A DNA stretch of 64,000 nucleotides from Mobula birostris (taxonomy: Eukaryota): contig NC_092375.1 in NCBI RefSeq assembly GCF_030028105.1, positions 43,995,130 to 44,059,129 of the forward strand. Reading direction: 5' to 3'. Below are positions 25,096-36,280 of this stretch, in pieces. Under the pieces are notes generated by a model. The model was not told where the DNA came from. It saw only the letters and a program-made list of their open reading frames with translations, and did no database searches. Positions within the stretch are counted from its first letter, which is position 1. Each line of letters opens with the position of its first letter. A program made the translations under genes and the position numbers.

Positions 25096-25349
25096 TTGTC
25101 CTCTGATTTGGGTTTCCCTTCCCAGGGAAAAGACTGCTTCCATTCCCCATTATCCATGCCTCCCATAATTTAAAATGCTTCTATAAGATTGTCTACCATT
25201 CTCTTACACTCTAAGTAATAAGGATCCAGAGTGACCAGACTTTTTTCATAACTCAGACCCTCTAGACCCAGCAATACCCTCATTTTTGTACTCTTTCCAA
25301 TTTAACTGCAGTTTTTCTATAATAAAGTGACCTAAACTGTACACCAAAC

Positions 25350-26890
25350 TGTCATGGTCGGGTCTGTGAAGCCCACTTTCCAGTTCATGGTCCGGTCCAT
25401 AGTTCCTTATTCCAGATTTTCTAGTTTTCCCTTGTCCTATTGTGTGCCTTAATTGAGGCACATGATTCTCATTTTGGGCTGGCTACATACACAGCTCCTT
25501 GGTTCAGCTTCAGTTGCTGGATTGTTCCCTTCTCTTCCTTCTGAAGCCTCGCCTGCTACCTTCGCCAGTGTCCTTGCCTATAATGTTGTCAGGTTCAACC
25601 GCCAGGGCAAGATCGGGGCCTTGCTGTGTCTAGATATGGAACTGCCTTTTGTTGTTTGGAACTGTCTCTTTGTGTCCTCGCCTTCGTTAGGTAGGTCTGG
25701 CCATTTGCCACTACCTTGTGTTGGGAACCGTGTCTGTGTCCACGCCTTTGCTAGGTAGGTCTGGCCGTTTGCCGCTACCTTGAGTGGAGATCTGTCTCTC
25801 AGTATTCTGTGTATGAGTCCCAGCCCTATGTCCTGCTCCCTAGGAGGGGTTCTGACTCTGTGTAGAGCCCCGGCCCCAAGTCCTGTTCCCAAGGAGGTGT
25901 CCCAGCTCTGTGTTCCATGTTCCTGTTCTCCCTCGACCAAGGCTCTGCGTTCCTGTTCTCCCTCAACCAAGTCAAGGTTTCGTGTTCTCGTCCTGTCCAT
26001 GTGCTTTGCCCAGCCCAGGAGTACCTCGCTCAGCCCGATGCTGGGGTTCCCTTGTCCTGTCCTGGAGTCTCATGTCCAGTCCTGTTGCCAGTACTCATCC
26101 TGTAGCCACATCTTGTCCTCACCTAGATCCAGGGTCTGAGCCCGAGTCAAGACCCAGGTTCCGGGTCCCTGTCCAGTCTCTGGCTCTGAGTCCTTGTCCA
26201 GGTTCCAAGTTCCTTGTTCCTCATCCAGGTCCCGCTTCCCTAGTCATTCGCTGCTGTTGTTACTGTACGGTCAGGAATCTTCCGGAGGGAAGGCCTCAAA
26301 ATCCCCGGCCTTGCCTGCTGTTGGCGACCGAGTTTGAGGTTGAATCGTTTGGACAGAGATGGCGCTCAGTACTCGGTGTCAGAGAGCTGATTCGGAGGCT
26401 CGAAGTTTTCGGATGACTCAGAGACGGATTGTGGTCAGGCATGGCAGGAAGAGTTTTTCTTCCTTCTCCCGTCTGCGTGAGATGTGGGACATTTGAGAGA
26501 CTTTGAACTTTTTACTGTGCTCATGGACTTCTTCATCAAGTTATGGTATTGTTGCACTGTTGTAACTATATGTTATAATTATGTGGTTTTGTTAGTTTTT
26601 TCAGTCTTGGTCTGTCCTGTGTTTTGTGATATCACACCGGAGGAAATATTGTATCATTTCTTAATGCATGCATTACTAAATGATAATAAAAGAGGACTGC
26701 ATGTCTTCATAATCATATCATCATAGTCCTAGCCCAGGCCCTGTATCCTGGCCTCGTGCAGGGCCTGTGACTTGTCCAGCGCCGTTTCTTCCCCACTTCC
26801 CTTGCTTGCTTGACTCACCTAGTCCTGTTCCTAGTACTTCAGTGTCTGTGTCTTGCACTTGTGTCCGCCATTAACGCCACCCTTGTGACA
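25350..26890 (+). mobile_element. Putative solo LTR (Gypsy-like), copy 2, with LINE 3' UTR insertion at about 26247-26724
   Basis: TGTCA...TGACA termini; 5-bp TSD CAAAC (25345-25349 and 26891-26895); interrupts a minus-strand CR1 piece. Confidence 0.7.
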
Positions 26891-26919
26891 CAAACTCCAA
26901 ATACAGCCTCTCGAACAAC

Positions 26920-27670
26920 TTATACAACAACACTATATCCCAATACCAACCCAGGAGACAAGGAGGCATACAAGAGTGAAATAGATCTGTTGATTGAGTG
27001 GTGTCATAACAACAACTTTGCACTCAACAGCAGCAAGTGTGAGTATTTGTCTGTGGATTTCAGAAAGGGAAAGTCAGGACATCTACCCCACTCCTCATTG
27101 TCAGCTCAGTGGTAGAAAGGGTGAGCAACTTCAAGTTCTTGGGCATCAATGTCTCAGTAAGTCTATCCTGAGCCCAACACAATGATGCAATCACAAAGAA
27201 GGGACATCAACAGCTCCAGGAGATTTGGTATGTCACCAAGGTCACCTGTAAATCCCTACCATGGAGAACGTTCTGACTGGTTGCATCACAGCCTGGTCCA
27301 GAGCTTTCAATGTGCAGAATTGCATGAGGCTGCAGAGGTTTGGAGATTCAGCCATTTCCATCACAGGCACAATACTTCCCACCATCGTGGACACCTTCAA
27401 GTGGCAGCAGCTCAAGAAGCCGGCATCCATCTGGAACATGCCCTCTTTGCATTACCACCTTCAGAGGAGCCTGAAGACCTACACTCGACACTTTAAGAAG
27501 AGCTTCTTCACTCTGCCATCAGATTTCTGCACAGTTTGCAAATACATGAACACTACCTCATTATTTGCCTTTTGCACTATTTGTTTATTTTGTAATTTGT
27601 AGTAACTTTTATGTCCTGTATTGCACTGCCACAAAACATCAGATTTCATGACCTAGGTTAGTGAAAATAA
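26920..27670 (+). mobile_element. Degenerate Rex1/L2-like RT 3' fragment
   Basis: WCHNNNFALNSSK..VDFRK and ENVLTGCITAW motifs. Confidence 0.7.
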
Positions 27671-27759
27671 ACCTCATTTTGATTCTATACATACTTGCCC
27701 TGACTGATGAATGGCAGCATGCTAAAGACCTTTTTCACCATCCTGTCTACCTGTGTTGC

Positions 27760-29700
27760 AGATTTTAATAAACGAATCACTTGCACTTCTTACCACCACT
27801 AACCCCATAATTCCTCTACACTCTCTATTGCCCTACCATTCATAGTATAGGTCCTAAACTGATATGACTTTCCAAAATGCATCACCTCGTACTTATCTGT
27901 ATTGAAATGAATTTGCTATTCCTTGGCCCACTTCCCTAACTGATCAAGATCCACTGTAATCGATGATAACCTCCTTCACTAACAACACCACCTCCCTTAT
28001 TTTGTGTCATCCACAAACTTGCTGATCAAGCCTTGTGCATTAACATCCTTCTATAAATAATGAATAACGAAGGTCCAGTATGAGTGTCCCTGTGACTGCT
28101 CCTGCCCCTGTGGCACATTGGTAGTCACTGGCCACCATTCTGAGAAACAACCTTCAACCACCACCCTTCTGCTTCCTACCCACAAAACAACCTACCTATA
28201 AGACCTTGGTCAGTCCACACTTGGAGTACTGTGTTCATTTCTGGTCACCTCACTACAGGAAGCATGTGGATACTATAGTAAGTTTGCAGAGGAGATTTAC
28301 GAGGATGTTGCCTGGATTGGAGGGCGTACCTTATGAGGATAGGTTGAGTGAACTTGGCCTTTCCTCCTTGGAGCAATGGAAGATGAGAGGTGTCCTGATA
28401 GAGATAGTGTATAAGATGATGAGGGGCATTGATCGTGTGGATAGCCAGAGGCTTTTTTCCCAGGGCTGAAATGACTAACAAGAGGAGCATAGTTTTAATG
28501 TGCTTGGAAATAGGTACTGAGGGGATGCCAGGGGGACGTTTTTCACACAGAGAGTGGTGGGTGCATGGAATGCACTGCAGGCGGTGGTGATGAAAGCGGA
28601 TACAATAGGGTTTTTTAAGAGCCTCTTAGATAGGTACATGGAGCTTAGAAATATAGAGGGCTATGCCCTAGGGAAATTCTAAGCAGTTTCTAGAGTAGGT
28701 TACATGGTCGGCACAACAGTTTGGTCCGAAGGGCCTGTAATGTGCTGTAGATTTCTATGTCCTATGTTCTAAATAGCTCTCCCTGGATTCCAGGAGAATT
28801 AACCCTGCAGACCAGGCCACCATGTGGGACCTTGTTGAAGGCCTTGCTAAAGCCCAGATAGACAATATCCACTGCTTTGCCTTCATCTACCCTTTTGGCT
28901 ACCTCTTCAAAGAGCTCTAAAAGATTCAACTAGCACAACCTCCCATGTTCAAAGCTATTCTAACTCCTCCGAATCAGCCTCTGTCTACCCAAATGCTGAT
29001 AGATTCTGTCACTCAGAATTCCCTCCATCTACTCCCCCAATACTGATAACTGGCTGATTGGCCTGTAGTTCCCTGGCCTGTCCTTTCCACCCTTCTTGAA
29101 CAATGGAACATTAGCCACCCTCCAGTCTTCTGGAACATCACCAATGACTAACAATGAAACAATTATCTTTGCAAGGGCATCTGCAATTTTCTCTCTATCC
29201 TCTTACAAAGTCCAAGGACATACTCAGTCAGGCCCTGGGGACTTATTCACCTTAATGTGCTGTAAGGCTGCAAATACATCCTTCCTGGCATTACGAACTT
29301 TTTCCAAAACATCTCCACTTTTTTCCCCTTCTCTTGAGCAAGCACTGTGGAGAACTATTCACTTATCTATCCCACCTGTTTCCTGTGGCTTGAGACATTT
29401 ACGACCCTGCTGGTATCTGAGAGGACCTACTCTCTCTAGACACCTTTTTATTCTTTATGTAGTTGGACATCCTCTGAGAATTGTGCTTAATCTTAAGTGC
29501 CAAATCCATCTCTTATATTCTCTTTGCCCTCCTGATTTCCATCGTTACTGTATTCTTAATCTTTTTATGGCCATCGAGAGACTTACATCTCCTCGACTTC
29601 TTAAAAGCATTGTTCACTTTCTTCTTTATCTTAACAAGTGCAACTGGGGCATTTTATGCCCCGCTGGTGCTAGATGCTTTGTTTTCATATTACTGAGATG
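27760..29700. mobile_element. Cluster of CR1 fragments in both orientations
   Basis: Minus RT pieces at 27760-28190 and 28800-29700; plus 3' end at 28190-28770 (PHLEYCVHFWSPH). Confidence 0.75.
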
Positions 29701-30959
29701 TTTGTGTGTTAAAAAGAACTACTTTGGCCTTTAGTACAATGTATGATTTCATCTGTGGGAATGGTTGATTTCATAGACGGTAGAGTGAAGGAGTTCAAAA
29801 TAAAACAGAGAATATTCAGTAGGTTAAGTAGCATTTGTGGGAAGGGAAACAGAGGTAACATTTCTGGTTGAAGAGTTTTAGTCAGGACTGGGAAGGAGAC
29901 CAAAGACACTCGTAAAGAGGTAGGGTGGAGGATGGGAAGAAAGGGGAATGCTTCTGATAGGATAAAATGAGGGTAACCATGGAGTTAGGCTAACAATCAA
30001 AGTTATCTGGTCAGTGATTAAATGGGAGCAGTAAGAGGGTGATAACATAGACAAAGAATGGGGGAGACTGGTCATGTCCACCACTTCCAAAGAAAAGAAA
30101 TAGGGAAGGAGGAAATCTGTGCTAATATTACAGATGGGCAACTGACACAGACCAAGAAATCACATTACCTAAGGCTATAACATTCAGAATGGAATCCAAA
30201 AGATTGCAACATGCCCACACAGATTGGGTTCTTCTCTTCATGTTTGATATTTTACCTGACCATTATGTCATTGCATGGTATGCTCATTTTTCTGTGAAAG
30301 GTTTCATTTTCAGATTATTCATTGTCATACACACCGGAGTGCAATAAAGCTCCTTGTCCATGTGAAGATCACAGAGTAAACAGTGCACATGGTAACAATA
30401 ATAAATATAACAACAGGTGCAAACCAAAGGAACGGTGCAAAGTATAGTAGTGCAAACTGAAGTTGTCCAAGAAGAAATGCTGAATACAATAATGGAAGAG
30501 GTAGATGGACAAGGAGTTCCTAGCCAACCCAGTTACCATTTATTCCATTGTTTAAGCTTTAATATACACCATTGCAGAAAAATACATTAGGCATCCTATG
30601 AAGATTCAGCATTAGATGTGGCATGAAGTGCAGGGTTGTTGAGAAGTGAAGGTGGCGCCAGCAAACAATATGACCAAAGCCAACGTCTTTCAGACAGTCC
30701 ACAAAACTACTTCTTTCACTTTTTTTTCCTCTCAAATGTGGTTCGGCTACTGTTGGACCCTGTGATCTACATTGCAGTGGTGTGTTTTCGGGCCAAGTCC
30801 GCAATCTGGTGCTTTGCTGTCTCCAAGGGGGTTCCATGAGGTTTCATGCAAACTGTGCGGTCTGAAGGCCAAAAGTCCTGGAGACAGGGTGTGAGCCCAC
30901 GATTCACACTGCTTCTCACCAATCTCATCGAGGAAAAATGAAATTATCTAGGCGAGAGT

Positions 30960-32195
30960 GGAAAGTGAGCAGGTTCAGCTCCATCTACCAGCTTCTTGCT
31001 TGGTGCTGCCAGAGCAAGGTGTCTGCATGTGACAATTCTCTCTCTCACCCTCTCATCCGCTGCTCCCAGAGGGAGGTCCCGGCATTCAAATGGTCTCTCT
31101 CTCACCCTCTCATCCGCTGCTCCCAGAGGGAGGTCCTGGCATTCAAATGGTTTCTCTCTCACCCTCTCATCCGCTGCTCCCAGAGGGAGGTCCCTGCATT
31201 CGAATGGTCTCGCTCTCACCCTCTCATCCGCTGCTCCCAGAGGGAGGTCCCTGCATTCGAATGGTCTCTTTCTCTCACCCTCTCATCTGCTGCTCCCAGA
31301 GGGAGGTCCTGGCATTCAAATGGTCTCTCTCTCACCCTCTCATCCGCTGCTCCCAGAGGGAGGTCCCTGCATTCGAATGGTCTCGCTCTCACCCTCTCAT
31401 CCGCTGCTCCCAGAGGGAGGTCCCTGCATTCGAATGGTCTCTTTCTCTCACCCTCTCATCTGCTGCTCCCAGAGGGAGGTCCTGGCATTCAAATGGTCTC
31501 TCTCTCACCCTCTCATCCGCTGCTCCCAGAGGGAGGTCCCTGCATTCGAATGGTCTCGCTCTCACCCTCTCATCCGCTGCTCCCAGAGGGAGGTCCCTGC
31601 ATTCGAATGGTCTCTCTCTCACCCTCTCATCCGCTGCTCCCAGAGGGAGGTCCCTGCATTCGAATGGTCTTGCTCTCACCCTCTCATCCGCTGCTCCCAG
31701 AGGGAGGTCCCTGCATTCGAATGGTGTCGCTCTCCCTCTCCATCAAAGCTGCTGGGAGATGGTGCTGGCATCCTGGTCTTGGGCAAGGTTTAACTGATGC
31801 GTTTTGTGAATTGGACTCTGTAGATCACGTTACGATGTGTTCCTGGTTTCTGGTCGCACTTTTTTTGTTGCTATTTTGATTGGAGTGGACCAGCTCTGCA
31901 ACCTGAAGTTAACGGGCAACACAGAGCTGGATTGAACTGAACTGAGCTGAACTGAATATGTCTGGACTGGTTGGATGATTTGTAGTTTGGTGTTTTATAT
32001 TCTGTGTTTTCACTTGTTTTCTTTTTTGCTGTTTGTTTGATGTGTTCTTTTTTTTGCATGTTGGGAGTTTGATGTTTTTCTTTGTGTGGATCCATGGTTA
32101 TTCTTTGTTTTGTGGTTACCTGTAGGAAGACAAATCTCAGGGTTGTATATTGCACACATTCTTTGATAATAAATGTACCTTGAATCTTGAATCTT
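30960..32195 (+). mobile_element. LINE 3' UTR-type repeat hosting a minisatellite
   Basis: Ends in gataataaatgtaccttgaatcttgaatc, a short tandem tail like other LINE ends here; family not identified. Confidence 0.5.
31039..31740. repeat. 57-bp minisatellite, 12 copies, with 173-bp higher-order duplication
   Basis: Unit ctcaccctctcatccgctgctcccagagggaggtccctgcattcgaatggtctc(g/t)ct; unit starts at 31044, 31101, 31158, 31215, 31274, 31331, 31388, 31447, 31504, 31561, 31618 and 31675. Confidence 0.95.
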
Positions 32196-32279
32196 TGAAT
32201 TTATGGTTGGAAGTCTGTCAAAGAATCATACGCTGCAGAGTTGTGCACTCACACGCCATGTGTTGTGGTGCAAGATCAG

Positions 32280-32570
32280 CAGTGGTGCAGATAATAGAGC
32301 TGTTGCCTTACAATTTAACTAACTAGGTTTATTCCTGACTTCTAGTACTGCCTACATGGAGGTTGCATGTTCTCCCCGTGACTGTGCATGTTTACTCTGG
32401 ATTTCTCCCATATCCCAGACGAGTTGCTGGTTAGGTTAAATGACTTCTGTGTACCTGCTCCTGGTGTACAGGTGAGTTGTAGAATCTCAGGAGAGTTAAC
32501 AGGGATGTGAGCACGATAAAACTTTGCATAAACACAGAAATAGTGTAAATGGGTGTTTGATGTGCAGGGG
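32280..32570 (+). mobile_element. V-SINE (HE1-like) copy, degenerate
   Basis: Central ggaggttgcatgttctccccgtgactgtgcatg resembles the conserved V-domain, preceded by a tRNA-like head. Confidence 0.6.
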
Positions 32571-32606
32571 ATTCAGGCATGGCGAAGACACTATGATACA
32601 GATATA

Positions 32607-33890
32607 TACTCAGTGGTCACTTTATTGGTACAGGAGGTGCCTACTAAAGTGGCCACTGATTGAATGTCCATGGTCTTCTGTTGCTATAGCCCATCCACTT
32701 CGAAGTTTGACTTGCTGTGTGTTCAGAAATGCTCTTCTGCACACCACTTTTGAGTTATTTGAGTTACTGTCACCTTCCCATCAATTTGAACCAGTCTGGC
32801 CATTCTCCTCTGACCTCCATCACTAGCAAGGCATTTTTGCTTACAGATCTCCCTTCACTGGATGTTTTTTTTAAAAAAATATTTGTTTCTTTTTTGCACC
32901 ATTCTCTGTAAACTTTGAACTCTTAAACTCTAAGAGCCTGTGTATAGAAACATAGAAAATAGGTGCAGGAGTAGGCCATTCGGCCCTTCGAGCCTGCACC
33001 GCCATTTATTATGATCATGGCTGATCATCCAACTCAGAACCCCGCCCCAGCCTTCCCTCCATACCCTCTGATCCCCGTAGCCACAAGGGCCATATCTAAC
33101 TCCCTCTGAAATATAGCCAATGAACTGGCCTCAACTGTTTCCTGTGGCAGAGAATTCCACAGATTCACCACTCTCTGTGTGAAGAAGTTTTCCCTAATCT
33201 CGGTCCTAAAAGGCTTCCCCTTTATCCTCAAACTGTGACCCCTTGTTCTGGACTTCCCCAACATCGGGAACAATCTTCCTGCATCTAGCCTGTCCAATCC
33301 CTTTAGGATTTTATACGTTTCAATCAGATCCCCCCTCAATCTTCTAAATTCCAACGAGTACAAGCCCAGTTCATCCAGTCTTTCTTCATATGAAAGTCCT
33401 GCCATCCCAGGAATCAATCTGGTGAACTTTCTTTGTACTCCCTCTATGGCAAGGATGTCTTTCCTCAGATTAGGGGACCAAAACTGCACACAATACTCCA
33501 GGTGTGGTCTCACCAAGGCCTTGTACAACTGCAGTAGTACCTCCCTGCTCCTGTACTCGAATCCTCTCACTATAAATGCCAGCATACCATTCGCCTTTTT
33601 CACCACCTGCTGTACCTGCATGCCCACTTTCAATGACTGGTGTATAATGATGTGCATGAAAATCCCAGGAGATCAGCAGTTTCTGAGATGTTCAAAGTAT
33701 CTCACCTGGCATGAACAATCATTCTATGGACAAAATCACTTAGATCATATTAATTCCCCATTCTGATGTTGGTCTGAGCAACAACTGAACACCTTGACCT
33801 CGTCTGCATGCTTTTATGCACTGAGTGGCTGCCACAATTGACATTAATGAGCAGGTGTACTGGTGTACCTAACAAACTGGCCACTGAGAG
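32607..33890 (-). mobile_element. Second Tc1 deletion derivative, split by CR1 (32945-33650)
   Basis: Reverse-complement match to 5631-6156 on both sides of the CR1; termini tactcagtggtc and ccactgagag|ta. Confidence 0.7.
32945..33650 (-). mobile_element. Young CR1 3' fragment
   Basis: Open ORF 33034-33657 (LEYCVQFWSP..FFTQRVVNLWNSLP); tail ttttctatgtttcta. Confidence 0.9.
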
Positions 33891-34009
33891 TAAGCGGCAA
33901 GACAAACAGAGACAAGAAATTTGCATCCATACATTCTGATAGAGAGGTTTCCAATCTAATTTGTTTCTATTATCATCTTTTGCTCTGATAAGTATACAAT
34001 TTCTCATAG

Positions 34010-35545
34010 TCTACAAAATGGTCTGCATCCCACAGTGCTTCAGGAAGTAGCCCAAGAAATAGTGGATGCATTAGTGATAATTTTTCAAAACTCTTTAGAT
34101 TCTGGACTAGTTCCTGAGGATTGGAGGGTGGCTAATGTAACCCCACTTTTTAAAAAAGGAGAGAGAAACCAGGGAATTATAGACCAGTTAGCCTAACATC
34201 GGTGGTGGGGAAAATGCTAGAGTCAGTTATCAGAGATGTGACAACAGCACATTTGGAAAGCGGTGAAATCATCGGACAAAGTCAGCATGGATTTGTGAAA
34301 GGAAAATCATGTTGACGAATCTCAGAATTTTTTGAGGATGTAACTAGTAGAGTGGATAGGGGAGAACCAGTGGATGTGGTATATATTTGGATTTTCGATA
34401 GGCTTTTGACAAGGTCCCACACAGGAGATTAGTGTGCAAACTTAAAGCACACGGTATTGGGGGTATGGTATTGATGTGGATAGAGAATTGGTTGGCAGAC
34501 GGGAAGCAAAGAGTGGGAATAAACGGGACCTTTTCAGAATGGCAGGCAGTGACTAGTGGGGTACCGCAAGGCTCAGTGCTGGGACCCCAGTTGTTTACAA
34601 TATATATTAATGACTTAGACGAGGGAATTAAATGCAGCATCTCCAAGTTTGCGGATGACACAAAGCTGGGCAGCAGTGTTAGCTGTGAGGAGGATGCAGG
34701 GTGACTTGGATAGGTTAGGTGAGTGGGCAAATTCATGGCAGATGCAATTTACTGTGGATAAATGTGAGGTTATCTACTTTGGTGGCAAGAACAGGAAAAC
34801 AGATTATTATCTGAATGGTGGCCGATTAGGAAAAGGGGAGGTGCAACGAGACCTGGGTGTCATTGTACACCAGTCATTGAAAGTGGGCATGCAGGTACAG
34901 CAGGCAGTGAAAAAGGCGAATCGTATGCTGGCATTCATAGCAAGAGGATTAGAGTACAGGAGCAGGGAGGTTCTACTGCAGTTGTACAAGGCCTTGGTGA
35001 GACCACACCTGGAGTATTGTGTGCAGTTTTGGTCCCCTAATCTGAGGAAAGACATTCTTGCCATAGAGGGAGTACAAAGAAGGTTCACCAGATTGATTCC
35101 TGGGATGGCAGGACTTTCATATGAAGAAAGACTGGATGAACTGGGCTTGTACTCGTTGGAATTTAGAAGATTGAGGGGGGATCTGATTGAAATGTATAAA
35201 ATTCTAAAGGGATTGGACAGGCTAGATGCAGGGAGATTATTCCCGATGTTGGGGAAGTCCAGAACGAGGGGTCACAGTTTGAGGATAAAGGGGAAGCCTT
35301 TTAGGATCGAGATGAGGAAAAACTTCTTCACACAGAGAGTGGTGAATCTGTGGAATTCTCTGCCACAGGAAACAGTTGAGGCCAGTTCATTGGCTATATT
35401 TAAGAGGGAGTTAGATATGGCCCTTGTGGCTAAAGGGATCAGGGTGTACGGAGAGGAGGCAGGTACAGGGTTCCGAGTAGGACGATCAGCCATGATCATA
35501 CTGAATGGCGGTGCAGCCTCAAAGGGCCGAATGGCCTACTCCTGC
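34010..35545 (+). mobile_element. Young CR1 5'-truncated copy (RT)
   Basis: [30 protein letters not shown] 34649-35566; same subfamily as 32945-33650. Confidence 0.9.
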
Positions 35546-35854
35546 ACCTATTTTCTATGTTTCTAAAAAAGTAATTTTGTATCTGCAGTTGTGAATGCCT
35601 TGGACCACATCTAATAAACCAATGTATAAAGAACGTCTTGAAATGTGTCTGTCTTCATCTTTACTGACAGAGTGGTAAGCTTGGTCACCTTTCATCAGAC
35701 AACATCTTATTAAACAGGAGGAGGCAGGAGAACACTGGTTTGCGTGGCCAAAGTAGAACCCTGGGTTAAATTTAAAAACAGCTGAGAGTTGAATCAATGA
35801 ATGCACAGTTGAAAGAAGTTATACTTACTATAAATTCTGATGTAAAATTGCTTG

Positions 35855-36280
35855 ATTTACCTACCACACAGGACATGCTGTCTTCACGCTGCTGCCTTCA
35901 GGAAGAAAGTACCTCAGGACTCACATCACCAGGTTCAGGAACAGGTATTACTCCACAACCACCCCTTGACCCAAAGGGAATAACTTCACTTGCCCCATCA
36001 TTGAAACGTTCCCACAACCAATGCCACACTTTCACGACTTTTCATCTCACATTCCCGATATTTATTGCTTTTTGATCATTTTTAAATTATCATTATTATT
36101 TCTCTCTACCTACATTTGCACAGTTCATTGTCTTTTGCACATTGGTTGAAAGGCCAATTTGGCGCAGTCTTGTTTCTATTATGGTTATTATTCAATGGAT
36201 ATTCTGGGTATGCCTGCAAGAAAATGAATCTCAGGGTTGTAAATGTACTTCATTAACAAATTTACTTTCAACTTCAAAGA
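35855..36280 (+). mobile_element. LINE 3' fragment (Rex1/L2-like)
   Basis: ctcacatcaccaggttcaggaacaggtattact...aatctcagggttgt...aaatttactttcaact tail. Confidence 0.55.

Noticed and set aside
23597-26416. Many 100-170 aa ORFs on both strands
   Set aside because: All lie within GC-rich, internally repetitive LTR-like elements; no gag or pol motifs.
31039-31740. CRISPR-like periodic array
   Set aside because: No unique spacers; eukaryotic context; plain tandem repeat.
30938-31879. Three long overlapping ORFs (235-313 aa)
   Set aside because: By-product of a stop-free 57-bp minisatellite; repetitive peptides with no domain or splice support.
33422-35088. Antisense ORFs over CR1 and Rex1 RT regions (also 7303-7676, 8422-8757, 20188-20561)
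   Set aside because: Shadow frames of retroelement coding sequence, recurring in every copy.
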